From the NCBI GenBank assembly GCA_002189035.1, contig CM007989.1, positions 1,488,001 through 1,552,000 of the forward strand: a stretch of DNA of 64,000 nt, read 5' to 3'. The notes under the pieces were generated by a model. That model did no database searches. It had not been told where the DNA came from and saw only the letters and a program-made list of their open reading frames with translations. This stretch comes from Utricularia gibba. Lineage: Eukaryota; Plantae; Magnoliophyta. The position numbers and the translations under genes are program-made. Every line of letters begins with the position of its first letter. The first letter of the stretch is position 1. Shown here piece after piece: positions 1 to 12,254 of the stretch.

Positions 1-122
1 GGTGTTGAGACTGAAGACAAGCCTGGAGGATTTGGGAAAACTGGGACAAGACACCTCAACGGTTTTACCTCCAGAACCCTAGATTTATCAATTGATCCAT
101 TGGAACTCCGAGCTTGCTCCAT
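1..122 (-). CDS. 5' end of a SUVH1/SUVH3-like histone H3K9 methyltransferase-family gene (partial, runs off the left edge)
   Basis: The minus strand from the ATG at 122 reads MEQARSSNGSIDKSRVLEVKPLRCLVPVFPNPPGLSSVST. DKSRVLxVKPLRCLVPxFP is the N-terminal signature I recognise from dicot SUVH1/3 proteins. Not in the ORF track. Confidence 0.8.
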   Translation of the reverse strand, partial: MEQARSSNGSIDKSRVLEVKPLRCLVPVFPNPPGLSSVST

Positions 123-773
123 TTGATAAATAACACGAAACAAACTAACAGAGGAGCAGCAAACCTTCTGTCAATGAAGAGAATTGCTTCAAGAATTCGT
201 CTCAAGGGAATCTTCTAACGACATTCAACCCCACAAGGAACAAAATGAAACAGACCACATGTCCTTGAAACGCCAGAAAAAATTGAATCTTTCAACGATA
301 AACAGCAAATTACGGGTTTTGCTCAAGACCCACAAAATAAAAAGCTAAATGATAGAGGTGAAACAGAAACACCCAGACAACTAAACTGAAATAAATGAAG
401 AATTACAGCTGAAATTAACATAAAAAATCGAATCTTTTTACTCCAACATGCGCAAAACTTTTTCAGATTTCCGATGATCAAGAACAGAGTGAAAACCGAA
501 CGTGAAGCACAAATCGGAGGGCTGGCTCCGAAGTGAAGAAACAAAACGCAGAACGAAGAGTAAAAATCGAAACCCTTACATTGGTTTTGCCCCAGGAAAG
601 CTTCGATGTGAAATTTCATGGTAAATTATCCCACCAGTTGCATTAATTTCTCACTTTAATTTTTACCTTTTTAATCAATGTTTTCAGTTAAATAACATTC
701 ACAGTGGTTCTTGGGGTTCTTTGCCGTTAGTTAATTCTTCTGGCCACAGTTCGAATTCAGTTTCTCCGACGAG

Positions 774-2032
774 ATGAGAATCTTGCAGAGGCTCGGCGGC
801 TTCCATCTTCCCGGCGGCCCATTTACCGCCACCATCCAGATTCGTTTCAAGAAACCCGCGAACACTGCCCAGACCCGTCTCGAAACCCGAACTCACGACC
901 CAAAACTCGATTTGCTAGCCTTCCACCGCCGCCGACTCGCCCTAATCCTCAGCCTATACAACCTAATCCGCGACAAGAAACGCGGCCCTTTCATCTCCTT
1001 ACAGCTTCTGTCGCGATGGGCACCATACGCCGGCATCAAAAGCCTCTCCGGCGGCAAATTTGTTCGAAAATACCCACATGTATTCGAAGTTTTCACGCAT
1101 GCTATTCGAAGGAATCTCTGTTGCAGATTCACGAAGAAGTTCGTGGACCTAATCAATCTAGAAGAGCAAGTTCCATACAAAATGGAGGAAGCCAATGTGA
1201 TTAAAATCAGAAAGATTCTATCTTTGTCCGTGAATGGAACAATCCATGTGCACGCCATCAGATTGATCAGACGCGAACTCGGCTTGCCGGAAGACTTCGT
1301 AGATTCCATCATCCGAAAACACTCCAAATTCTTCAGATTCGTTGATACCGAGATAATCGAATTACTCGGCGCCAGTGAGGATGCCACTGATGGACAAGCA
1401 GCAGCCTTTACAGCTGAAGTTGAAAAATGGAGGGAGAAGGAGTACACAGACAAATGGCTAAGCGAATACGAAACAAAGTATGCGTTTCCAATCAACTTCC
1501 CGACGGGTTTCCGAATAGTTCCGGGATTCAGGGAGAAGCTGAGGAACTGGCAGCGGCTTCAATGCGTGAAGCCATACGAGAGAATCCACAAGGTCACGCC
1601 TCAATCATGCGGAGGGGTAGAAAGGTACGAGAAACGGGCAGTCGGAATTATTCACGAGCTACTTTGTCTCACAGTGGAGAAGGTGATAGAGGTGGAAAGA
1701 ATGGCACATTTCAGAAAGGATCTCGGTTTCCAGCAGGTCAACGTTCGCGAGCTTTTTCTTAAGCATCCAGGGATTTTCTACTTATCTCAGAGGGCAATAC
1801 CCTGTACGTCTTTCTAAGAGAAGCTTACCGGAAGGGATCCTTGGTGGAACCTGATGAGATCTACCAAGTTCGCAAGGAAATGCTCGAGCTGGTTTTGCTG
1901 GGCCGCCGTTGCACGAAACTGTTGGGGGCTCCAGAGGAATCCAGAGACGATGAAGAGGAAGAGGAAGAGGAAGCCGGAGATGACGAAGTTGAAGGATGTA
2001 CAATGGAAGAAGATGATGTTAGCTGCAAATGA
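774..2032 (+). CDS. RPD1: PORR-domain protein, ROOT PRIMORDIUM DEFECTIVE 1-like; intronless, one apparent 1-bp frameshift at 1792-1794
   Basis: ORF 774-1817 has the RPD1-type N-terminus (RFKKPANTAQTRLETR) and PORR motifs (HELLCLTVEK, FLKHPGIFYLS). One extra G at the GGG joins it to GNTLYVFLREAYRKGSLVEPDEIYQVRKEMLELVLL and the acidic tail of ORF 1841-2032 (1259+1 nt is a multiple of 3). Confidence 0.85.
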
Positions 2033-2489
2033 ATCTACTGCAGATGCAGATGTGAATGGTGTTTGTTTATTAATTATTTTTTGTAATAAAATAAATACAA
2101 TTGAATTTAATTATTATTAATCTGTAAAATAATTTATTTTTATGTAGCATAATTAAAGTATAAGTAATACGTTTTTTATTTTCAATAGTGATGTTTATTT
2201 TGATGTCAAATAATATTTTTAAATAGTAAAATGACAGCACAAGTCCTGTCTGCATTCCTTAATTAAGTCAAAGCTTGGAGCAAAAGTGATTGATGATGCG
2301 CTGAAGGAAAACTCCAAAAGCTTTCAGCCCCAAATTTCCAAACCCTAATTAAATAATCCCAACCCAAAACCTTTGCTTTCACTTTCCTCTAATTTCCCAT
2401 CCAACAAATGTAGCTGTGGTTTCTCTTTCACCGCTCCACAATAATGGTTCCGAGCGAGAGATCGTACCCGCATTACTGAGATTTTTGTA

Positions 2490-4836
2490 ATGGGGAAGCC
2501 GGAGGGCGAGCAGACTTTGCCCACTGCAGCACTTGCTGTGCAGGGGCGGAATACTCGTGCAGGAGTGGGTAGATGCTGCTTCAGCTGCGCAAGGATTCGA
2601 AATTGGGTGAATTGTAGATGTATCCTCGTTTTGGTTCTTGGGTGTGCAGTGTTCTTGTCTGCTGTTTTCTGGTTGCCGTTTTTCCACTTTGGGGATCGGA
2701 GGGCTCTGGATCTGGAGTACAAAGGTTGGTTGCTGGATTCCCGTATGTTGGCTTTGTTGTTTTAGTCAATTGGGTGTCGGTTATTGCAACATTTGAATCG
2801 TCAGCTTGTAGATGCAAATAGATCTGTCTGCTTTCTCTAGTTTTTGGTGGCAGAAGTCACTAATGTTTTTGCATTCCACTATTTGGCTTATGTGGTATTT
2901 TCTCTTTGGGTCACCATTTTCATCCAACCGTACTGTTTCATATGGCTTGCTAATTCCTGGAATGAAGATTCGATGAGTGATTTTTTCATTTTGAAATTGT
3001 TTTGTGCACAATGAATGGGAGCTGGCTTTACTTGACTGTTGCATAGACTGTCCCCCTCCCTCCCCTAGAACGATTTTTACATGTGTGAAAAAGTGCACAA
3101 TGGAAAAATTACTAATTTTCTAGTTTGTGTTAGATATATTCTCAGTTGTTTGGAAACAATCTCCAGGTTACGATATAGTGGCGAGTTTCATGCTGAGGAA
3201 ACCGGCCTTTTACCTTAAAGAACAGAAATCACAGCTTCAAGAAGATATTTTCAATGAGATCAGCTTCTCCTCTACTGAAGTAAATTTTTTCAACACATTT
3301 CTGTATTCCATTGCTTCTCTAGGCTTTTAGGTGGTCAGGAATTTTCTTAATGTTGATTACGATATTTCTCTATTTTGCTGTAAGTAATATCTTTTGTTGA
3401 TTACAGGTACAAATACTATCTTTACAGTCCCATCCTGAACCAAATTTGACTTCCGTCATCTTTTCGGTTAAGGCTGATTCAACTACACAAAGTTTAATTC
3501 GGTCATCCTTCATGTCATTGGTTACGGGGCAGTCATCACTTCATTTGACTGCACCATTGTTTGGGGATCCATTTTCTTTTGAGGTTTTAAAATTTAAAGG
3601 CGGGCTTACAGTTAGTCCAGTGCAAAAGGCTTTCCTGATGCAGGGTGTTCAGATCGTATTCAACTTCACATTGAACTTCTCTGTCGATGACATACTGCAA
3701 CACTTTGATCAACTCAGCAACCAGCTGCGGAGGGGCTTGCACCTTGCTTCTTATGAAGTACATGGTTCATTTTCTTTGAGTCTTATAGGATACCTTTTGA
3801 TTGGAAAAATCATTAAAGCCAACTCTTTTTCATGCTTTGCAGAATTTGTATATTAGTCTTACCAATCAGAAAGGCTCAACAGTTACTCCACCTACAAAAG
3901 TGATTTCTGAAGTTCTCTTGGCCGTGGGTATCAATCCTTCGCAGTCCAGGTTAAAGCAGTTAGCTCAAACTATAACTGGTTTTCCCTCAAGGAATCTTGG
4001 CCTAAACAACACTGTATTTGGTCGGGTTAAGCAAATCAGCCTCTCATCTATTTTACAACACTCCCTTGGACATGATGGAAGTCCGCCATCACCATCCCCT
4101 TCACCTTCTGCATCTAGAAACCACTACCACCATGGCCATCACAACCACTACCATCATCATGATTCAAGCCCTGCTCCTAGGTTGGCACCCTTACCTTCGC
4201 ATGGAGGACATGTACACCGGAGAGGCCAGCCTACTTCTGCTTTGGCACCTGCACCGGCATCTACAAGGAAAAGAGTACCAACTCCTCAACCATGTCATCA
4301 TGGGGGCCAAAGTGGCCCCCCCGGTGATCATAACACAAATGCTCATTTTGCCCCATCTGCTTCCCCATCATATCTGCATCAAAACAAGCTTCCTCCTAAT
4401 CTCACTCCGGGTCCCAAGGCCAGTCCACCAAACCCTGTGCACGCTAGTGGTGATTCTCCATCTACAGGTGAAAGGCATGAAAGTCGTCTGGTTCCCACAC
4501 CAGGAGTTTCACAATTACAATCTTCTTGTGAGTATTTTCTGTGTTGCGGTTAGTTATTGCTACTGTCTGTGAATCATGCGATGTACTTGATTGGTGTTCT
4601 CGTCCTCTCTATGAATCATTATCATTGACCTAGAGATTCAAGTATGTTGAAATAGTTCTAAAATGCTAGAATCTACACCTTTTTTGAGAGAAATGTTGTA
4701 TGACCTGCCTGAAGCTTGGATACTTCCATGTTACTCACCAACGTGCCTTCTTGCAGCCTCCGTCGATGCCATTACCTCCAACAGTTGGTCTCCTCTGCTT
4801 TTCATGTCATCAGCATTGCTTTTTATGGCATCCTGA
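2490..4836 (+). CDS. Membrane-anchored Pro/His-rich protein (HRGP-like, At3g56590/DUF7036-type family), 5 exons
   Basis: Exons 2490-2724, 3167-3279, 3407-3757, 3843-4527 and 4757-4836 with GT-AG borders join in frame. N-terminal TM (CILVLVLGCAVFLSAVFWLPF), conserved core (FNFTLNFS, LKQLAQTIT, NLGLNNTVFGRVKQISLSSIL), Pro/His-rich linker and hydrophobic C-terminus. Confidence 0.8.
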
Positions 4837-5301
4837 AAACAAGATCATTTCCTGCATCTGTGAATTGGCTTCAATGATATGTCTGCATAGCCTCTGACAC
4901 AAGCAAGCCCGAGTACCAACTTCTCGGGTCCTACATCAGCAAAAGGGGATCGCTTTGTCATTTGAGTTAATGTGTCGGTAAGCTGTATCAACTTGATGTA
5001 AATAATCAGGAAAAAAGCTTGGTGGCTGGATGCGTTGTTGGGGTCAAAGTCATAAAGATGACAGGCCTGCAACGAAACACAGTGGCCACCAAGCTGATAT
5101 GCTTGCTGCTCCTTGAGCATGAATTTTGTGGATAATGAGTCGACAATTGTCATTGTCGATATTGCGCCATTCAGGCCCCTGTATTCTGCCTCTTTATTTG
5201 AGTGAGCTCGCCCTTGAAAACTTTATAGTTCGCATCTTGCACCTCACTTTTAGATCCTTAGCTTTATAGAATCAGCACTTCATGATTCCAACGGTTTGCT
5301 C

Positions 5302-5394
5302 AATAGAAACATGAATGCTGATCAGAAGTGTCAACAGAAACATCAGTGCTGATCAGAAGTGTCAATAGAAAAATCAATGCTGATCAGAAGTGTG
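5302..5394. repeat. Three imperfect tandem copies of a 31-bp unit, downstream of the MPP-alpha stop
   Basis: aatagaaacatgaatgctgatcagaagtgtc / aacagaaacatcagtgctgatcagaagtgtc / aatagaaaaatcaatgctgatcagaagtgtg read directly. Confidence 0.9.
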
Positions 5395-5512
5395 CAATGA
5401 ACACGGATGGAAAACCCGACCCTAATTTCTTTAGGTATAGCATCCAAACTCACTTATTTCAATGAACAAAACCTCAACAATGAAGCATCCATTTAGTCAT
5501 AAGCGGTCAGCT

Positions 5513-8500
5513 TCATTTTGAATGGAACCTGCTGCTGATATCACCATAGCTTGGAAGATGAAGCACTGTGCAAAAAAATGATAATAAAATCCCTTGCATT
5601 AAGCAGTGGCTAAATGCATTTGTCAAGAGTTATTACCATCGCCATAGGATGCCATCGTCAGAGGTGATGACAGTAGCTTTTGTGCAGTCCTGTATATGTC
5701 TTGAGCTGTAATTTCGTCAACTGCCGTCAGAAAATGCTCCACAGGTTTCCTGAACACAGGAAGCAAATATTTTTAGATATCACTGACCTCTTGCTGAAAG
5801 TTGAATAAAAATGATATCTTGATAGAACTGCGCTCACCTCTCTCCGTACGTCAGAATCTGTTTACCAATGTCTTCTGAAGCAACCATCTGCAACCGTACC
5901 AAAAAAAAGTGTACTGAACATTCACTCACCTCCACACAAGTTGCAAAAAATTCTGTACGTACTCTGGACTCTAGGTTCATCAAAATAGCAGACTTTGTTG
6001 CCTGCTTGGCACGACTCAACTGAACCTGGTCAACTGCAGATTCAAATGTAGGCCAACAAGCGTCAGCAAACATATCACTCGATAGGACGCCTGAAAGATA
6101 AGAACTGGATAAGCTACTGGCTAAAATCTAAGGAGAACCTTGTCCTGGAGTTGCGACAGCAAGGAGCTCTTTCACTGCTATGTCGATAGCATTGATTGCA
6201 AAATCCGACCCCTGGATTCCAAAAAGACTCATATTTTTTTATGCATTCTTTGGCTTTCACAGCGCCTAAAAACAACACCAGCGAAAAAAATGCTAGAATG
6301 GCAGCAAAGAATCAGCCACAGAACACGTTGTTTGCAGTGGAGGTTGACAATTCCCCTTTCTCATAATCCATGATTTCTCTCTACTTTCACCCAATTCAGA
6401 AAAATCCTATCAGCATTCACTAGCCCTAAGAACAAGCTTCAGAAATTTAATCAGCAAGAAGAAGCCCACAAGCCGCACTCAAACTACTGCAGGCAAAAGG
6501 CAACTGTAGCAACGAGAACCACATTGAAAAATCCTCAGGATCCAAGTCGGAGTGTTTTGCAAGTTTACGATGAACAAAGTGCACTCACTCACAGAATAAA
6601 CTCATTCTTCTACACAGCTCTGAACTGAATAATACCTAAAATATTTCCTTACCGTGGAAGCTTGAATACCAAACAATCCAGAATGATTTTCAATGCTGCT
6701 GAACGCAGTGAATGACTGAATCTGAGGATACTCATTTAAAACACGACGATCTGCAAAGATCTTGAAATTTTTAGTTTCCATAGAATAAAGGCATGGTATG
6801 AAAACAGCTAAAAAACAAAGTGTAAGTGTCTCTTCCCCATAACTGGAAATTAATTAATCTGAACTTACAAAGTCGTGAGTACATTCCTTTTCCAGGACCA
6901 CCAGCTGAGAAAGATCCCCCTCCACCCATCAGCATCTATTGGATCAATATAATTCAAAACTTCCGTGGTAAAATGTTATTTTAACAAAAAAAAAGCACGT
7001 GTGGAATTTAAAAGATCTAGCAGAAAGGTTAAGATTAAGACAAACACCTGGAGAACAGTAACAAAAATAGCATCTTTTTCCTTCATCCACCCACCAGGAA
7101 GTTCGAAGGCAAGGGCAAAATGTGTTACCTGAAAAATATTAAATCATTTATTTAAGTTTTCTAATCATTAAGTACAAAAAGCCCAGAAATTTGAAGATAA
7201 TTAATATACCTACCCCTGATTCACCTTGGCGGCGAAAGTCCCCTCCAGTATAAATGGGTTTTGGCTCTGGTGGAACAGGGACTTTTGGAAGATCCGAGAG
7301 AAGTGGCTCTGCATATTCTAAAAGTTCCTCATGGTCCACACCAGATGCAGCAAGAACCATCCTAGGAGCAGTATAGTTTTCCTAAACCAAGATGACATAC
7401 AGTGGATTGACAATAGTAAGATAAATGACTCAAGCCTAAAATGAGTCAAAGGAGTCTTCCAAAAAGATTTCAGATATCTAATGCTCACATAGACGAACTT
7501 TTCCAATACGTCACTGTTTAAATTGCCAATTGCTGATTCCAAAGCCACAAGAGAATTAGCGTAAGGGCCAGAATACCCCGTTGAATGAACAGCCTCCAAA
7601 AGAAGGTGCTGCGGGTTCTTGATGCATTCACTTATGTCCGCTTTCAGCTTACTTATCTGCAAAATTTCACTTGATAATCAAAATATGAATATAAAATACA
7701 TGGAATCAATATGAATGGGGGTGGAGGTGGGGGGGTGTTAACAAACCTGCTCACTAACTTCCCATTCCAGGAAAGCTGGGTTTCTAACAGAGTCAATAAG
7801 AAGTTCTACCATTTGAGGGGCATAGGTCTTCAACGCATCATATGTGTAGCCCATATGCTCTCGTGTGATGGATGCTGTTACATTGCCACCAACTGCCTCA
7901 ACTTCACGTACAACACGCAAGTGGCTCCTGTTAGTGGTACTCTTAAAAGCCATACGCTCCAAGAGGTGGGTGATCCCATACGTCTCGGGTGTTTCATAGA
8001 TTGGGCCACAGTCAACATATAAACCAATTGATGCAGCAGGGTTCTGATCAGAAAGCTTTACAAATTAAGATCCTGTTCCAACAAAAGATAACTGTGGTTT
8101 TCTGAATGCAAATTACTAAATTCTGTCCTACCCCTGATGACTCAGATGCTATTCTAAGACCATTAGAAAGTGTCGATATCTTTGTCTTTCCAGGCTCAAC
8201 ATAGTCAGGCAATGGAGGAGGAAGTACGACATCCTTAAGAGGAAAGTCCAATGGAGGAAGTGATGATGATTTCTCTCCTGTCAGCCAACCGAATAAGCCT
8301 GGAGATGACAACTTGCCCCCAACAGCTGCAGTACTAGAAAACCTATCCAATGTCCTGAAACCAGATTGGCTCTGCATGCAAAAATTAACAATAAAAGCTC
8401 AAATAATTATATGCCTGCACATAGAATCAGCTTAGAAAACTCGCTAATAGATACTCGACCGAGTTTTCTAGTTTGACAAACAAACTAGAAAATCAAAAGT

Positions 8501-8725
8501 GCTAAATCAATTCCAATTCCACAACATTGGTGAAAAGGACAGTATCGATCTTTCGCTTTGTCCCAAAAAAATTAGATCCGACGAATCAGATAAAAAAAGT
8601 CATCGTAAATATTCATCAGAATGGTAAATTGACGTGTCGCGACAGGGTTATCATGTACTGCAAAAGAACCATTTCAAGTCACAAACCTTAAGAGCCCTTG
8701 CGCGAGAAACCGCGGACCTATACAT
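5513..8725 (-). CDS. MPPA: Mitochondrial processing peptidase alpha subunit (M16 family), multi-exon
   Basis: Start MYRSAVSRARALK at 8725. Exons encode HLLERMAFKSTTNRSHLRVVREVEAVGGNV, ENYTAPRMVLAASGV and the Gly-rich loop LMGGGGSFSAGGPGKGMYSRL. The last exon VLHLPSYGDISSRFHSK* ends at 5513. Confidence 0.95.
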
Positions 8726-8825
8726 CGACCGCTGAATGCAGAACTTTCGTCACCTCCAGGTTCAGGTTCACTCGGAAGACATTTTTTCCAGTGGTGTGTT
8801 CTCTTTCAAGGTTTCCCCAAGAGTA

Positions 8826-8886
8826 TGGGCCGCAGTGACGGGCCCAGCCTCTGTAACATATAGGCTTTGATCATATCATCGGCCCA
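8826..8886. promoter_or_regulatory. Three site II (TGGGCC/GGCCCA) elements upstream of MPP-alpha
   Basis: TGGGCC 8826-8831, GGCCCA 8841-8846 and 8881-8886, 100-160 bp upstream of the ATG. Site II clusters are typical of nuclear genes for mitochondrial proteins. Confidence 0.7.
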
Positions 8887-10297
8887 ACTAATCACTTTGA
8901 GAAAAATAAAAATAAATATTAAAATATTCACTGCGGCCGCGCATCATGAGGCGGGAGAATGCACTCACTGTTTGGCACTGCCATGGCAATAGAATTGATC
9001 TGGAGTTTCAAGTTTTCTTTTTTATGATAAGGCAAGGTGCAAAACAAATTGGGTGATTTGACTTGGGGAAAAAAAATCTAATGGGTTCCGAGTATGAGGA
9101 GCGAAATGATTGGGCGACTTGGATGGTTATCCAGCATTTTTCTAAAAAAAGATGCCGAGAAATGCCAAAGGAAGTAGGTGATCATTTTCAAGTTTTGAGA
9201 AGAAGACTGCAAAAAAAGTTTGGCCCTTTTCCGTTTCGGTGACGGAAAAATTCGCTCTCGCGTTCTCCCGTTACCGTCTCGTTCTCCTGAATGCCTCACC
9301 AGTGTTCAGGGTAACGCAAAGAAACTGTATCATTTTTATGCAGATTTAAGGGGGATTTATAAGTTGTAGCTGGCATATTCCGGAATCATATGTTGATATG
9401 CTGCATAATCTGATATGCATGCCCTTGGAATCATCGCCTAGATGATCGAATACTTGTTTCTTGTTCTCAATATTTTGAATCTTGATCATACATTTTTGGG
9501 TTATTCTCTTTATTAGCATGTTGATTCATGAATGTCGAGGCTTTCCCATCAAATGCTGTTGATTGTCTTTGCTGAAAACCCATTACGTACATGTCTCTAG
9601 CTTTTGATTCTGGTGATTGTTGTTTTCTTTAAGAAGTTAGTGGCTTTCACAAGCCCATGACGCGCTTCATCTTGTTTATTCCAAATTATTCAGAAATCTA
9701 CAATGGCTAAGCTTGAGTTGTCTCTTTTAACATTTGTGTTTTGCTGCAGTTCAAGTTTGGTGTTTTTAAACAGAGAACCGAGGGTAATAAATGGTATGTG
9801 TGTTTAAATTCATGTTCCTTCAGCATTTCTTAAGCCTTTCTGCTTAAATCCCTCCAATCCTTGGTGTTTATATTTACTTTGGGTGCAGTGAAACACTTTC
9901 TGGAACGCACAGCATTAATTGTAGGTGTTCGAAGATTATCACACTCGTTCTAGTTGCCTGTACTTGCGCCTTTTAGCCAAACAAATCTCAAGTAAGGCTC
10001 TGCTTTTCTTTGAAACAGAACATTTCCTTGTAGTATCATGCTATATGACAAATCAGGAATAGCTGTTCATTGCCTACTTTGCGGCAGAAAACCAGTGAAA
10101 ATGCATGTGAATTGGTGAATATATTCATTGAACCGCAGCTCATGATATTGCTGTTGCGTTGATTGTAGGTTATGCTTTTTGTTCGTATGAAAGTGATGTC
10201 TAATCTACCAGGACATAAACTTCAAGAAGTCCAATAAGAAGAGTTATTAGCATGTATAGTTGTGGTAGCCGTTTTCGTCTGCATAAATCTCTCCAAG

Positions 10298-11907
10298 ATG
10301 GCTGTAGCCATTGATCAGTGCCAAGGTTTTGTGCCATTTGTACGTCCCCCAAAATGCAAGCTTCCATCTTTCACCCAACTCGACTACAAGATGCTCAACT
10401 TCAGTCAACCCACGCATGCACAATCATCAGAACATGAGTTATCTTTCAGCACTGTTCATCGGAGTGTCTCCACCCCGTGTCTCTCTGAGTTTTCTCTGCT
10501 GAAAGATAGTGGCACCAGTTTTAGAATTGATATAATAATTGGGCATGGTGCACCAAGAGCACGAGCACTTGTTGTCGAAGTTGCCATGGCTATGGCCTCT
10601 GGCATAAGTCCCGAGCCAACATCAAGCGGTCTTGGTGGTGCTTATTTCCTTCGTGCCCCAAATGGCGATGCTATTGCTGTTGCAAAGCCAATAGATGAGG
10701 AGCCTCTAGCATTCAACAACCCAAAGGGTTTGGTTGGACGGATGCTAGGCCAACCAGGATGAAATGCTCGATCAGAATCGGTGAAACTGGTCTTCGGGAA
10801 TCAGCTGCCTATCTCCTTGATCATAATGGTTTTGCTGGTGTCCCTCCTACAGCATTAGTCAGATTCTCCAATGTCAAGTTCAATATGAATAACTCATGCC
10901 CTGATTCACCCCCTATTCACAAGATTGCATCTTTGCAACGGTATGTGCATCATGATTATGATGCTGGTGACTTGGGCCCTTCAAGCTTCTCAGTCACTTC
11001 TGTACATCATATTGGTATTCTTGACATAAGGCTGATGAATCTTGATAGACATGCTGGAAATATTCTTGTAAAAAGAGGACAGGAGAGTATTGGAGGGGGA
11101 ACAGCTGAGCTAGTTCCAATAGATCATGGATTCTGCTTACCCGAATCCCTCGATGGTCCATATTTTGAGTGGCTACACTGGCCTCAAGCTTCTCTTCAGT
11201 TTTCAGATTCTGAGATTGAATATATATCCAATCTTGACCCTGAAAAGGATGCTGCTCTGCTAAGGACCGAGCTTCCTTCAATCGGCGAGTCCTCCATCCG
11301 GGTTCTGATGGTCTGTACAATCTTCTTAAAGCGAGCAACAGCCTCTGGGCTGTGTCTCGCTGTTATAGGAGAGATGATGACCAGAGAGTTTCATGGAGGG
11401 CAGGAAGACCGTAGCATGCTGGAGCACATCTGCATCAATGCTAAAGCCAGTTTGAAAGCTGCACTAGCTGAAACTATTGGTATGGACAATCAGCAAGAAG
11501 ACAACGATGAGGTAATGTTCCATTTCGAAGATGAGCCGAACTATGGAGCACCCGAGATCTCTTCCAATCCTTCGAGCATTCTGCGCCTTCCATCCATGAG
11601 CATCCTCAATGATTCCGCACTATTTACCCTCACCAAGAATGAACTTGGTTCAGCAACTGATCAGACTATGAGCATGAGCTGCTCTGAAGGAGAAGAGAAC
11701 ACCAAGACAGGGGGCATGATGAGGAGCATAAGCTACCAGCTGCCGAGCTATGGCCATGAGAGTGAATGCATTTCTTTTGGGGACATGGATGATGAAACCT
11801 GGCTACTCTTCTTGGAGAAATTCGAACAACTTTTGCCAGAGGCATTCGAAGAGCAAAAGGCGATCGGCTTCTCAAGGCAAAGGCTGGGTTCTTCCTGTGA
11901 GTTCTGA
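10298..11907 (+). CDS. Type II phosphatidylinositol 4-kinase gamma (gamma1/gamma8-like); one apparent 1-bp frameshift at 10757-10759
   Basis: MAVAIDQCQGF start and GGAYF...AVAKPIDEEP in ORF 10262-10762; LDIRLMNLDRHAGNILV and LVPIDHGFCLP in ORF 10759-11907. The conserved junction GQPGMK is restored by one base. Confidence 0.9.
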
Positions 11908-12254
11908 AGTAGTGTTTGGTGTTGAAGGGGCTTGTAGATGAAGAAAAGGATCCATGTAAATGTATAGGAAGGAACAGCGAATGGCAATATTCAGAGCCAT
12001 CCCTTCCTTGTAGGCTACTAGGCATTACAGTCTTCTCATGTCTCACAACCCAATGTACTGTAGATCGTCTAATGCATATTATTACTAAGTAAATCAATTT
12101 TCTAGATGTAAATTGGAAAACACAAACCTGAAATACTATTAAGATATTTGGCATCCTCACCATCTGCGTATTGTGGGTATCAGGCGGCTAAGTCCTCATC
12201 ATATCCAACACCACTCCTCCGGACTTGTTCACGCACTTGAAATCAACTGCTGAG

